A DNA stretch of 64,000 nucleotides, from the NCBI GenBank assembly GCA_000002435.2, contig CM018790.1; one strand, 5' to 3'. Positions 20,801-31,343 of this stretch are shown here, in pieces (the stretch's first letter is position 1; each line of letters begins with the position of its first letter). The position numbers were made by a program, and so were the translations under genes. The DNA is from Giardia intestinalis. Taxonomy: Eukaryota. The notes under the pieces were generated by a model. It did not search any database. It was given only the letters and a program-made list of their open reading frames with translations, and was not told where the DNA came from.

Positions 20801-23800
20801 ATGGCCAGCGACTCTCTGATTGCCTCTTATGAACTTATGGACCACCTGGGCGCAGGGCCCCATGGATCTGTTTTTATAGCTCATAGCAAAGTATCGGATA
20901 AGCTTCGAGCAGTGAAAGTTTTCTCTCTTGCCAAGCTGGATGAGGACCAGAGAGAACGGCTCAAAGACGAGCTTTCTTGTGCTCACAGGATTGAGAATGA
21001 GCGTCTTGTCCGTTATTATAATGTCTATGAAGACCAAGATTGTCAGACGTTGTCTGTGGTTATGGATTATCTTCCCCTCGGAAGCCTCGCTGCAGAGATG
21101 GATAGGCGCACTATTCACCACAGTCCGTACACAGAGCAACAGATTTGGGCAATTATCGGCCAACTTTGCCTTGCGTTGAAGGCCGTCTACACTGCTCTGG
21201 GGAGCCTTCAGACAAGCGCTAATAAGCTTACGGAGATATCCCATGGCAACCTTAAACCTACAAATATTCTTCTAGCAGATTCTGGGTTACTCTCACTGAC
21301 TGACTATGGGCTCACACACCAGGCCATAACAGAAGAGACTATCATGGACACCATAGACGCTGTGCCGGAGGCTGTCTTAACAAACGATATTTCAAACACT
21401 CAACGAGGGGATGTTTGGTGCTTAGGTCGGATTGCCTTTGAGTTGTGCTGTGTGGGGTTTCCTGGATTTGTTGGTTCTGGGTGCCCTACACCAGGACTGC
21501 TTACCGCAGCAGGTGTATCTGTGCCTTCCCCACTAAGGCCCCCGTCATCGTCGAATGTTCTAGTCTCTTCTTCCCCTTCATTACCTCCTACACCCTCTGA
21601 GCGCCCACAAACAAGTAAGCTGCGCATCAAGGAGGTGAATAAGCGAAATTCACGGACACCCATATCACAGAGAGGTCGAGATCAAGAGCAGAAAGAACGC
21701 GAGGAGCGTGAAAGGGAAGAACGAGAGCGGGAAGAGCGCGAACGCCTAGAGACGGAAGAAAGTGCTGCACCTGCATCGCAATCGGCTAAGACAAAGGCCA
21801 AGACGGTACTTAATCCCAAGCTTCTTAATCATGTTGCAGGCCATCTCTCACCAACTCTTCGTCAGCTAATAATGTCGTGTCTTTCTGTTGGCAAGACCGA
21901 TAGCGAGAACGGTAATTTACCTATCACTCTGGATACAATTCTTTCTTATTCGGAAGTTATATGTGCTCTTGCCAAACTAAAGGCAGGAGATCTCGAGACG
22001 CCGGTCTCTCGAAGTGTCTCTCGAAGTGATGATAGGCGCCCACAAGCAAAGGATAAACAGGGCAATACTCCACTGCATCGTGCAGTTCTAGAACGTAACG
22101 TTCAAGAGCTGTCAAAGCATCTTGGGTATGCAGGTGAATATAACGCCAATGGGGTTACTGCACTCATACTCTGTGCTCAGACCAACTTTATCGAGGGAGC
22201 TAAGATTCTGGCACCTAAGGAGTCTCGGAAGCTGTGTAGTGCAAACAAGCTAGCATTATACTATGCTCTTGTGGAAGGAAATCTAGAAATAGCTGAAATA
22301 CTTACCCAGTGGGAATCTTTTACCGATCAAGAGCCGTACATTGATAACCATAGGACAAACCTCATGCGGTCCGTTATGGAGCGGAATATTCTAGCCGTTT
22401 GGTATTGGAAGATGCACCAAGCTGGGATGCAGGATACAGAGGGTCGGACTGCCTTGATAATCGCAGCCGAAGTTGACTTCTTCAATGCTGTGCGCATACT
22501 TGCTCCACACGAGGCTGGAGTGAGAATGACAAATGGTAAAGCAGCTATAGACATAGCACTGGATCACAACCATTTAAAAATCGCAACTTTTCTTATTCCA
22601 TATGAGGGCTTCAAAGAGCAAGAAGCAGATTTCAATGGGCACACAAATCTTATGCGGGCTGCCATCAAGAACAATCGTCTGGGGGTGTTTTGTTTTCTGA
22701 AGGAGGCGGGCTCCACTGAAAATGAAGAGGGGATGACCGCGCTAATGCTAGCGGCAAGGCATGGCTCTTGTGACGTCCTTAAATACCTTATACCTCTCGA
22801 GAAGCATATGCGATCTTCTACAAATAAAACGGCCCTAATGTATGCTGCAGAGGCCAATATGCTTAACGTTATTGTTGAGCTCGTCGCTCACGAATACTGC
22901 CCTGATCCCAAAGAATATTCTGCACTCAACATTGCTATCGAGAAAGATTTTGCAGAGGCAGCGGATCTTCTGTCAGCCTATGAAGGAGTGGAATGTGAGT
23001 GGCGTTACACATTTAAAAACGCTAAGCAGCACATAGTCACCCAACAGACCGCCCTCATGGCTGCAGCAGAGAAGGCGAGTGCCAAGTTCGCCTATTGCAA
23101 CCTTCATCAGCTGTCAATGCAGACCCCAGACGGGATGACTGCACTGATGTACGCTTGCCAAGCAAAAAGCAAGGATTGTGTTGATCTTCTAGTTTCTGAA
23201 AAGGATCTCCAAGCATCAGATGGAAAGACTGCTTGGTTAATTGCATTTGATGGGGGATTTAAAGAGGTTCTTGACCAGATCCAACCCACGTCCAAGTGTG
23301 ATGAGAATGGCAATACGGATTTACACAAGGCAGCTTTGATTGGAGAGGTCAGTAATATTCGAACACTTATGAGGCTTGTAAAGAGAATTAACAATAACGA
23401 TATGTCAGCATTGATGATTGCATCCACTATTTGTTCAAATGATGATACTGTTGATTCAGTTTTAATAGAAGTAGAATCAACCATAACTAACAGCAAAGGC
23501 CAGTTCGCTGCCAAATTCGCAATGTTGGCAGGGAACTATAAGCTTGCAAAAATACTTATAGGATACGAAAAGGACCTCTTGAAGGCAGACGGATTCACAG
23601 ATCTTATGATTGCAGCGGTACTAAATAGGGTGGAAGATGTATTTAGATACTCTGGACGGACATTCGGTCAGAAAAAGCCCTATGCCTCCCAATTACGGAT
23701 GCAGACAGTAGATGGATACACCGCATTGATGCTCGCAGCGCGTGCAGGACATGACTCCATTGTTAGCCTGCTGCTGGCGGAGGTCGGTCTACAAGACAAG

Positions 23801-25189
23801 GAAGGTCTATATGCAGCAGACTATGCCATCCGAGGAGATAACTATGCAATTATACGGTCTCTAGCCAGCCAGGAACTTGTCATTTTTGAAAAGAACTATG
23901 CCTTGGCCTCTTTCTTGAATATAATCAAAGACTTTGATACCAAAACAGCCCTGAAGTACATTAAATCCTTCTACTACAATGATTTTCGGTCTCTTCAGTC
24001 TGAAGAAGATCAGGGAGTAGCACATCTTTATTACGAGACGGCCCATTTGGCTACAGCTAGCCCTTTGGAAGAGAGGGTCATCATTCAAGATCTATTGCGT
24101 AACGAACTTGGGGAGACGCCTCTGCATACCGCTGTTCGCAACGATGACCTACTCTCTATACGGAAGTATCTTTATCGTAGCGGAGAGGTTAACACTGAGG
24201 GAGTGTCTGCTGCAGAGCTTGCATTAGACTTGGGACGAATTCAGATTGCTAAGATCCTCCTAAAGGTTGAACTCCCTTTACTAAGAGAAGCTGGTTTCAC
24301 CGACCTTATGTTAGCATCCTTTTTTGGAAATAAGGATGAGTTTGAGAGACACATTGAGGAGAAAAATGCAATCACAAGCCGAGGGCACACCGCCTTCATG
24401 CTTGCGGCAAACCAAGGACATTACGATCTAGCAGATCGTCTTGCCGAGGAAAAGGATATGGTGGACAATGATGGTCGTCCTGTACATCTAATTTGTCCGA
24501 AGGAAGATGGCTCTTACAGAGTTCTTAGTACACGTTATCCAAACACTATTGAAGGGTTGCACCTGGCTGTAAAAGACCGGAGCATAGATGGAGTTCGCGC
24601 GCTACTCGTTCATGCGGGCGCTCGCTATGCCGGCTGGACGGCGTTAGCGCGGGCGGCAGAAAATGGGTTTGCAGAGGCCGTTCCATTGCTGATTGAAAAG
24701 GAGGCAAAAATGACTATTGACGTTACGTTTAAATGCATGTCTGCAAACCTCAGAGGTCTCTTGGCAATTCACATCGCTGCGCTCAAGGGTCATGCAACCG
24801 TAGTGCGACTTCTACTCGACACTGAGGGGGGCTCTGTGGAGCGTGCAATTGGATTCACTTCTCTTATGATATCTGCTTATATGGGACACGCACTTTGCGT
24901 TAAGGAGCTCATTGCTCGAGAGGCAAAGATGTTTGAACGAACAGGAAGTGCTACTGCTTTGTGGTATGCTGCATACTGTGGTCATCTGGATTGCGTAGAG
25001 CTTTTAGCACCTTTGGAGGCAAATCTTAAACGTCGAGAAGGTAATACAATTGGGATGTATGCTTGTTCATACGCATGTAGTGTTAGCAATGGTGAGGCTA
25101 AACAGGAAGTCCTTGCAGAGCTGCGAAAGCATATGATCACTAATAATATAGAAACAATAATGTCTCCAGGTCCATACCATCATAATTAA
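20801..25189 (+). CDS. Nek-family protein kinase domain fused to a very long ankyrin-repeat array (1462 aa). Likely a catalytically inactive pseudokinase.
   Basis: N-terminus carries GxGxxG (LGAGPHGSVF), the VAIK lysine (LRAVKVF) and the catalytic loop. The canonical HRDLKPxN reads HGNLKPTN (Arg to Gly, catalytic Asp to Asn) and DFG reads DYG. This is followed by a Pro/Ser-rich linker, a polyampholyte run (QEQKEREEREREEREREERERLE) and about 1000 aa of 33-residue ankyrin repeats (TALMLAAR.GH...LL). Confidence 0.85.
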   Translation: MASDSLIASYELMDHLGAGPHGSVFIAHSKVSDKLRAVKVFSLAKLDEDQRERLKDELSCAHRIENERLVRYYNVYEDQDCQTLSVVMDYLPLGSLAAEMDRRTIHHSPYTEQQIWAIIGQLCLALKAVYTALGSLQTSANKLTEISHGNLKPTNILLADSGLLSLTDYGLTHQAITEETIMDTIDAVPEAVLTNDISNTQRGDVWCLGRIAFELCCVGFPGFVGSGCPTPGLLTAAGVSVPSPLRPPSSSNVLVSSSPSLPPTPSERPQTSKLRIKEVNKRNSRTPISQRGRDQEQKEREEREREEREREERERLETEESAAPASQSAKTKAKTVLNPKLLNHVAGHLSPTLRQLIMSCLSVGKTDSENGNLPITLDTILSYSEVICALAKLKAGDLETPVSRSVSRSDDRRPQAKDKQGNTPLHRAVLERNVQELSKHLGYAGEYNANGVTALILCAQTNFIEGAKILAPKESRKLCSANKLALYYALVEGNLEIAEILTQWESFTDQEPYIDNHRTNLMRSVMERNILAVWYWKMHQAGMQDTEGRTALIIAAEVDFFNAVRILAPHEAGVRMTNGKAAIDIALDHNHLKIATFLIPYEGFKEQEADFNGHTNLMRAAIKNNRLGVFCFLKEAGSTENEEGMTALMLAARHGSCDVLKYLIPLEKHMRSSTNKTALMYAAEANMLNVIVELVAHEYCPDPKEYSALNIAIEKDFAEAADLLSAYEGVECEWRYTFKNAKQHIVTQQTALMAAAEKASAKFAYCNLHQLSMQTPDGMTALMYACQAKSKDCVDLLVSEKDLQASDGKTAWLIAFDGGFKEVLDQIQPTSKCDENGNTDLHKAALIGEVSNIRTLMRLVKRINNNDMSALMIASTICSNDDTVDSVLIEVESTITNSKGQFAAKFAMLAGNYKLAKILIGYEKDLLKADGFTDLMIAAVLNRVEDVFRYSGRTFGQKKPYASQLRMQTVDGYTALMLAARAGHDSIVSLLLAEVGLQDKEGLYAADYAIRGDNYAIIRSLASQELVIFEKNYALASFLNIIKDFDTKTALKYIKSFYYNDFRSLQSEEDQGVAHLYYETAHLATASPLEERVIIQDLLRNELGETPLHTAVRNDDLLSIRKYLYRSGEVNTEGVSAAELALDLGRIQIAKILLKVELPLLREAGFTDLMLASFFGNKDEFERHIEEKNAITSRGHTAFMLAANQGHYDLADRLAEEKDMVDNDGRPVHLICPKEDGSYRVLSTRYPNTIEGLHLAVKDRSIDGVRALLVHAGARYAGWTALARAAENGFAEAVPLLIEKEAKMTIDVTFKCMSANLRGLLAIHIAALKGHATVVRLLLDTEGGSVERAIGFTSLMISAYMGHALCVKELIAREAKMFERTGSATALWYAAYCGHLDCVELLAPLEANLKRREGNTIGMYACSYACSVSNGEAKQEVLAELRKHMITNNIETIMSPGPYHHN

Positions 25190-27114
25190 AAAGGTATGTA
25201 GACCTGAGGATTTTTTAGCTCGCTGACGCACTTGTCAACATAAGCTTTGATGATTTCGTCTCCGGGATAAGTATCCAGAGTTTCGTAGCAGAGCTGGAGA
25301 CAATCGAAGACCTTCCCTGCTTCATACAGAAGCTGTACTTGCATCGTTATATCCACAAGTGCCTGATATTCTGGGGACGCTTCGACTATTTCATAAAGGT
25401 TTAGGGGCTCTGCTTTTCCCTTCGCCTCGATTTGCCCCATGAACCTCGCCTTTATCTTTGGACCAAGATACTGAACACAGTGACTATGAATGAGCACCTT
25501 GCTGTTGAAGATTCGTGTAGCAGTTTCTATGCGACTAGCCACATTGACTGTGTCGGAGATTGCAGTGTAATTAAGCTTCTTTGAACACCCGAAGACACCA
25601 ACCATGCAGTCACCGGCATTGATGCCAAATCGGCAGTCTAGTTTTCTCAAGTCTGCTGAGCCTGATTGTTGGATTCGTCGTAATATGGCAAAAGCTGCCA
25701 AGCACGCGCTATTGATAGAGTTTCGAACGTGCTCTACTCTGACAAGAGACGAGTCAAAGAACTGGCCGCTAGGCGTTGATGAGAATGCAAGCGATCTGTG
25801 AGCTGACGAGCCAATGGCACTATTGATGTCGGAAATCCCTGAGGAATGATCCAGCGTGCTTATGCACCTGGCTTGATTGACACTTCTTGATGAGCTGATG
25901 TATGGTCCTTTTAAGCCTGTCTCTTTGAGGCCAGAGTGCGTGCTGGCTTCCCATATACACATCGCTCCGTCTCCCAGGTATGTGCCGAGCTTACCGCTGT
26001 GCTTCTCCGTCTCATCGCAGACGATTTCAAAGAACTGCTCAAGTAGCTTGAGTAGGTGCGTGAGTGGCATCTTATCACTGAGAGACGTGAACCCTTTGAT
26101 ATCGCAAAACATGATAGTTGCAAACCGTACAGTCGCATGGGATTTCAGGGCTTCATTACTAGATAGAAGGGAATTTGTCCGATGTATCTTGAGCTGCTCT
26201 AGTGCATTGAAATCGTAGGATTGCAGTCTTCGTCCAGGGCGCACATCTTCTCTCTGACGTAAGTCCCTGATGATGCTCTTTAATGAATTATCCAGAGAAC
26301 GGTCGATCTCTTGAATTACCTCAGGAACGGTGTAACAAAACAGGGCTTCTTTGTAAAGCATAGTCTTCTCTGTTAGCATCTGTATTGCTATTTCCTCGAG
26401 TGTTGGGGCCGCAGACTTAACGCTAAAAGAAGTTGCCTTTTCTATCATCTGAGCTATGTTGAAGAGGGCATTGTCAAACATGCTTTCCGTGAACGTAGCT
26501 CTATTTGCTTCTGAGTCATTGATCAGAAGCGGATGACCTTGTGTTCTATGTTCATCAGAGTTATCCATTACTGTCTCGGAAAGAGCCGGATATCTATAGG
26601 ATGCTAACTCGCTTTCTTTGGCTTCAGTAGAGATCGGGTGACTATTGCATATGTTCTGATCGCTAGATGTCTTGCCCGCGTTCCATCGTGTACTCTGAGC
26701 AAGCATAATTCGAATGGCTGCGGCAACCCCTCGGACAATGGGCACGCTAGATTTTATTGTAGCATAGCGTAATGTCAGATACACAGCCACAAAGGCCCCG
26801 ATTAAGAATAGGTCAACCAGGTTCAAGATGTGGTAGGCTTTTGGAGAGGGCTGAACATGGAGTTCAGGCTCATGACCGTGGCCGAAGCACTGAACAGTGA
26901 ACATGCCCACATTTGCATGGGTAGTCATGCATGATGTCGTTCTATTGCAGAATGACCATATCTCCTCTACATTTTGGGAAAATATGAGTATCAATCGGCG
27001 GTACATGCTCCGCAAAATCATTATGACCACCGCCACAGGAGGGATCGTGTAGAAATATGCTGATTGTGTTATGAATTCAGTGAACTGTGTTAGCTGCAGA
27101 ATCCGAAGAAGCAT
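25186..27114 (-). CDS. Membrane-anchored class III nucleotidyl (adenylyl/guanylyl) cyclase homolog.
   Basis: N-terminal TM segments. Catalytic-domain signatures FATIMFCDIKGFTSL (F-x-D-I-x-GFT), KLGTYLGDGAMCIW (K-x-GD-x-YM-like) and GINAGDCMVGVFG...NYTAISDTVNVASRIE (GDTVNxASRxE). First ATG is at 27112-27114; the track start at 27120 is a GTG. The stop overlaps the stop of the Nek gene within TTAA at 25186-25189. Confidence 0.75.
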   Translation of the reverse strand: MLLRILQLTQFTEFITQSAYFYTIPPVAVVIMILRSMYRRLILIFSQNVEEIWSFCNRTTSCMTTHANVGMFTVQCFGHGHEPELHVQPSPKAYHILNLVDLFLIGAFVAVYLTLRYATIKSSVPIVRGVAAAIRIMLAQSTRWNAGKTSSDQNICNSHPISTEAKESELASYRYPALSETVMDNSDEHRTQGHPLLINDSEANRATFTESMFDNALFNIAQMIEKATSFSVKSAAPTLEEIAIQMLTEKTMLYKEALFCYTVPEVIQEIDRSLDNSLKSIIRDLRQREDVRPGRRLQSYDFNALEQLKIHRTNSLLSSNEALKSHATVRFATIMFCDIKGFTSLSDKMPLTHLLKLLEQFFEIVCDETEKHSGKLGTYLGDGAMCIWEASTHSGLKETGLKGPYISSSRSVNQARCISTLDHSSGISDINSAIGSSAHRSLAFSSTPSGQFFDSSLVRVEHVRNSINSACLAAFAILRRIQQSGSADLRKLDCRFGINAGDCMVGVFGCSKKLNYTAISDTVNVASRIETATRIFNSKVLIHSHCVQYLGPKIKARFMGQIEAKGKAEPLNLYEIVEASPEYQALVDITMQVQLLYEAGKVFDCLQLCYETLDTYPGDEIIKAYVDKCVSELKNPQVYIPF

Positions 27115-27214
27115 GCCCACAATTGAAACTTTTCAAAGCACCCAACAATGAGCGCTACAGTGTCTACGGCACAGCTACAGCAAACCGTTTACATTACACC
27201 ACGCAGATACCTCT

Positions 27215-28489
27215 TTATATGCTCTGCTTTTGCTTGACTACGTCTGCTGAGCCCTTCAGAAGAGTGTCCCTACTAATGATAGAAAGACAATGAGTCTTGT
27301 CACTCCCAACAAACACATTTGAAAGGGATCCTTGTCTGTAGCCAGGGTCAGCTAACACATTCATTCTCGAATAAGACCCGATCCATGAATAATCTCTAAG
27401 ATACTCCTTACTACACAGTGATTGATCTTTCTTCTTTTGCCTGAAATAGAAAGCATCCTCATTTGTATAGGGCAGATACTCAGACCCCATATACCTTGCC
27501 ATAGCAAGACCTACCTCATCTGCAAAAGCTCGGGGGTCTTTTCGCTCTCCCGTAGGAGTTCTGCTGCTAATTGGATCCAAGTAGACAACCTTCACAAAGC
27601 AGAATGGATTAGTAAGGTAGGAGTATAAGGTATACAGGGCACTTTGGCTGACATATGCAGGGTTGTTGTAGGACCGGTAGATGAGGCAGATAGGCTGAAT
27701 ATCTGTGTCCAAGCGGAAAACAGACGTTCTAAAACGCAGAAGACCCCGTTCAGTAGTCGTGGTCCCCTCAGGGAATATGTGTATGGGCCTCCAATCGGCG
27801 TCCTCCTTCATCAGCAAGACGCGCTCTCTGAGTAGATCGGTCGATGAGCGAATACTGTCCGTGCTAGAGGAGCCGTGGAGATTAGTGTCTTCAGTTGTGC
27901 ATGTGGAGCTGCTAAGATCCCTTGAGTCTACCTTTGAGTCTTGTGTCGTCTTCTTCGTTCGTACATAGATAACACGAAGTGCCTCCATCGGTTTCCGAAG
28001 CAAATAGATGCTTGACACGCCAATCTTCGAGACAAACGCCGGCCCCTCGGCCATAATTAGGATGAAGATGTCCAGAAGACCAACGTGGTTGCTAACGCAG
28101 ATGATTGGGCGTGGGCTCCTTCTGCGAGCATCAATACGATAGAAGGTAAACCACGAGCATTGCATAAGAAAGTATACAGGGTATGCAACGCACTTGTAGA
28201 GATTAATCCGCCAACCACGAAGAGGTTGGTCTCGTGGATATCCGGCAAGAATGACGATAGAACATATCCAAACGATTGTTTGAAGTACGAGAAAGGAGAG
28301 GAGCCGGAAGATTGCGACAAAAGGACCGATGATCACAAAGAGGGGTGTGATGAAGTACCTGCCAAAAGGCCTGCTATTAAAGGGAGTCGCGCTCGTTGTA
28401 TACACAAAGGGAAAGCAAGGTTTGTATGAAAATGTGCCATCGACCGTGTTGACCCGCTCGTTGGAATCTTGATCAAGATAGGAGGCCAT
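27215..28489 (-). CDS. Lysophospholipid / 1-acyl-glycerol-3-phosphate acyltransferase (PlsC/LPLAT family) membrane protein.
   Basis: HX4D acyltransferase motif NHVGLLD and the FPEGTTT motif, plus N-terminal TM helices. ATG verified at 28487-28489. Confidence 0.7.
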   Translation of the reverse strand: MASYLDQDSNERVNTVDGTFSYKPCFPFVYTTSATPFNSRPFGRYFITPLFVIIGPFVAIFRLLSFLVLQTIVWICSIVILAGYPRDQPLRGWRINLYKCVAYPVYFLMQCSWFTFYRIDARRRSPRPIICVSNHVGLLDIFILIMAEGPAFVSKIGVSSIYLLRKPMEALRVIYVRTKKTTQDSKVDSRDLSSSTCTTEDTNLHGSSSTDSIRSSTDLLRERVLLMKEDADWRPIHIFPEGTTTTERGLLRFRTSVFRLDTDIQPICLIYRSYNNPAYVSQSALYTLYSYLTNPFCFVKVVYLDPISSRTPTGERKDPRAFADEVGLAMARYMGSEYLPYTNEDAFYFRQKKKDQSLCSKEYLRDYSWIGSYSRMNVLADPGYRQGSLSNVFVGSDKTHCLSIISRDTLLKGSADVVKQKQSI

Positions 28490-28598
28490 TTACAACCAAA
28501 TTTTGAGAGTTAGTGTTATTGACATACACTTTCTGCTACACTAAAGTGCTTCTAAGTACAGGAAAAGGCAGATGGATAAAGGTGGGCTCAAGCCTCCC

Positions 28599-29903
28599 TC
28601 AGATTGCCATGCAGATGTAGTAGAGTGCAGGGACAGCTAAGAACATAGTTAAGCACTGGATGATTGCAGCAGCACCGGTGCTTAAACCATTGTAACGGTA
28701 GGTGTCGCACATAACGAAGCAGAAAACTCCAGTGGGGGTAGCCGCAAGGATAGTGTTGATGGCGATGAGCTCCTTATCCAACTTCATGCCAAACATTATC
28801 CCCATCATGATGAGAGGGAAAATGAACTGCCGCAAGAGGGTCATAATGCAAAACCGCAACGTCTCTATCCACATGTATCTATTATATTCTTTGAGGCAAC
28901 CTTGTGCCTTGCTCATCCGATACTTCTCTATGCACTCCTCAACCTTGTGGTATCCGTACATACCCATCATGATATTAGCAACGGGAGTGGTTGTGTTACT
29001 AAGATTGACAAAGAATAAACGGATTGGCGTCGGGAGGGTCTTAATCTGTGGGGCATAGCTTCCAGCGATGAGATAGACGAGCGTAATAAGTAGGCAGAGG
29101 ATGATTGGAACCTTGAAAGTGTTACGCATTGAGATGCAGATTACCTTTCGGTAGTTAATGTTTAGTTTAGGTGCTTTAACCTTGGCTTTGGTTCTGGACG
29201 CCTCGTGGTTCGCTGATAGAGGAAATTCTCCTGAGGTAGGTGGGATGGTTGTGTCTATTTGCACATTATCCAGACACATATCACTTTGACATTGCATGGA
29301 AGACCGTGCCTGGGGAATATATGATCCATCGGAATCATCAGACCCCCTGCCTCTACTACAGCCTTGACCACGACCGTGTGGTGAAGCGTCCTGCGTTGGT
29401 TGGCGCAGCTTTTTCTGTTGCTGGATGGTTGTCCAAAGCTCGTACATGAAATAATAAAAGACGAGACAGCCGCCCCATGGATACATGTGAATGAAGCAGT
29501 AACGCTCATACTTGGATCCAAAGAGGCCGGCAATGATGGGGACGCCCATGGCAACGCAATTACTTAAGGTTGATCCGCACCACATATGAACTGTTGATGC
29601 AATAAAGTTTTCATGCTTGTCCAAAAACAGGGCCAGAAACATACACAGGAAGAACATGATCAAGATTGTTGCAAAATAAGCTGCGATTATCAAAAGATCT
29701 TCATATACAATTGTGACTCTGGCTCCGAGAGTATAGATTAACGAAATAGGAAATGTAAACTTGAACACAAGAGCTGAAAAGTAGCGGAACTCCGATGCTT
29801 TGAAAAGTTTTGTGGGAGGTATGAGGGCTCCAGCGGCAACAAGCAGGACAACGGGGAGGATTCCCGATAATGCTCCGCTCATTAGTTCTCCAAACGATAG
29901 CAT
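28599..29903 (-). CDS. Polytopic membrane transporter, possibly auxin-efflux-carrier (AEC/PF03547-like) family.
   Basis: Two hydrophobic bundles of 4-5 helices are separated by a central hydrophilic loop (QQQKKLRQPTQDASPHGRGQGCSRGRGSDDSDG...), the AEC-family topology. The family call is a topology guess only. First ATG is at 29901-29903; the track start is a GTG. Confidence 0.45.
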   Translation of the reverse strand: MLSFGELMSGALSGILPVVLLVAAGALIPPTKLFKASEFRYFSALVFKFTFPISLIYTLGARVTIVYEDLLIIAAYFATILIMFFLCMFLALFLDKHENFIASTVHMWCGSTLSNCVAMGVPIIAGLFGSKYERYCFIHMYPWGGCLVFYYFMYELWTTIQQQKKLRQPTQDASPHGRGQGCSRGRGSDDSDGSYIPQARSSMQCQSDMCLDNVQIDTTIPPTSGEFPLSANHEASRTKAKVKAPKLNINYRKVICISMRNTFKVPIILCLLITLVYLIAGSYAPQIKTLPTPIRLFFVNLSNTTTPVANIMMGMYGYHKVEECIEKYRMSKAQGCLKEYNRYMWIETLRFCIMTLLRQFIFPLIMMGIMFGMKLDKELIAINTILAATPTGVFCFVMCDTYRYNGLSTGAAAIIQCLTMFLAVPALYYICMAI

Positions 29904-30080
29904 GATAGACAGCACTGGGCTGAAATTATATTTTTGATCTGGAGGTAAGCATAGACAGGACTTGATTTTTTATTAAACAATTTTATTACAAATCTATAGG
30001 CGAGACCCCACTTGTAGGTCGTCTAGGAAGATTGTGGACAGCACAACAATGCAAAGGGAAAGAAAAGCGTTGATAGGTGT

Positions 30081-31208
30081 TCACATACACTTACGGTTTG
30101 CAATGGAAGCGCCATTCTCTTGATATTCTTGAGAGCTTACCCACATAGACTCGAAGGTTGCCAGGCTCCCCAATACGCTTCCACCAACCCAGGCAGAGTA
30201 CTTTCTGTCCTCGGGACTACTTATGCGCACACGCTTCCCGGCTGGAATGAGGTCAAGAAGCTCCTTCTCCAGTCTCTCGGGGAGGCCTGCAAACATGCTG
30301 CTCCCGCCGCTCAGGACCACGTTACTATAAAGCTCTGACCTAATATCAATGTCACACTTCTGAATGGTCTTGTAACATAGCTGGTGAATGCCGTCCATGT
30401 CGCTATTGTTGAGCTCCGGCCTGAAGAGGAGCTCAGGGGTCTTGAAGCGGGCCTGGTTCACGGTAATGACGACCCCATCTGGCAGCTCATATGTTTTTGT
30501 GTAGTTGGCACTCTCCATGGAGGCAGCCAAAACGGACTCATAATCAAGGGCAACGAAGCAGAGCTTCTCTTTTATATCACGCACTATCTCAAACTCTGCG
30601 CTCGTGGTAAACGATGCGCCGTTCTCCTGTAGGTTGATTTGGCAGAAGTCTGTAAGCTCCTTGCCCGCAATCTCAGAACGGAGAACTGCATGTGGTAGAG
30701 AATATCCTTCGTACACAGGAACAGTATGCGTCACCCCGTCGCCTGTATCGATAACAATCCCGGTGGTGCGCCCGGAACTGTAGAGAGCCAGGACTGCCTG
30801 TACCTGGACATAGAAGGCAGGTACGGCAAATGTCTCGAACATGATCTGGCAAATCTTTTCTCGGTTAGCCTTTGGGTTCTTTGGAGCCTCGGTAAGGAGT
30901 ACGGCATGGTCCGAAGGCTGTGCTCGCAGCTCATTGAAGTAGCAATGGTGCCACACCTTCTCCATCATGTCCCAGTCCTTTATCTGTCCATGCTCTATCG
31001 GGTAGGAGAGCTTCAGCACCCCACGCTTTGCTAGGGCCTCGTCTCCTATGTACTCCTCCTTGTGGGTGGAGCCCACAAGCACAGTCTCACGTTTCGGGCG
31101 ACCGACTACTGTGGGGAACACAGCACGTGGCGCATCGTCCCCAGCAAAGCCTGCCTTGCACATTCCGGAGCCGTTATCAATGACTATGGCAGGGTTGTCG
31201 TCTGTCAT
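30081..31208 (-). CDS. act: Actin (the divergent Giardia actin), 375 aa.
   Basis: [41 protein letters not shown]...[21 protein letters not shown]...[34 protein letters not shown]. Actin-fold motifs are conserved and the sequence matches Giardia actin rather than conventional actin. ATG is at 31206-31208, preceded by ttaaatttatttgcaaagtaaa; the track start is a TTG 4 codons upstream. Confidence 0.95.
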   Translation of the reverse strand: MTDDNPAIVIDNGSGMCKAGFAGDDAPRAVFPTVVGRPKRETVLVGSTHKEEYIGDEALAKRGVLKLSYPIEHGQIKDWDMMEKVWHHCYFNELRAQPSDHAVLLTEAPKNPKANREKICQIMFETFAVPAFYVQVQAVLALYSSGRTTGIVIDTGDGVTHTVPVYEGYSLPHAVLRSEIAGKELTDFCQINLQENGASFTTSAEFEIVRDIKEKLCFVALDYESVLAASMESANYTKTYELPDGVVITVNQARFKTPELLFRPELNNSDMDGIHQLCYKTIQKCDIDIRSELYSNVVLSGGSSMFAGLPERLEKELLDLIPAGKRVRISSPEDRKYSAWVGGSVLGSLATFESMWVSSQEYQENGASIANRKCM

Positions 31209-31343
31209 TTTACTTTGCAAATAAATTTAAAAAGATTGAGAAAATCAAATTCCAGAAACCATGCCTAAGAGCCATAAACTTATAGGATACTAACGGGTAC
31301 TTCAAGATGCACGCTTCTACACAGGCTCATCGGCAAGGAGTTC

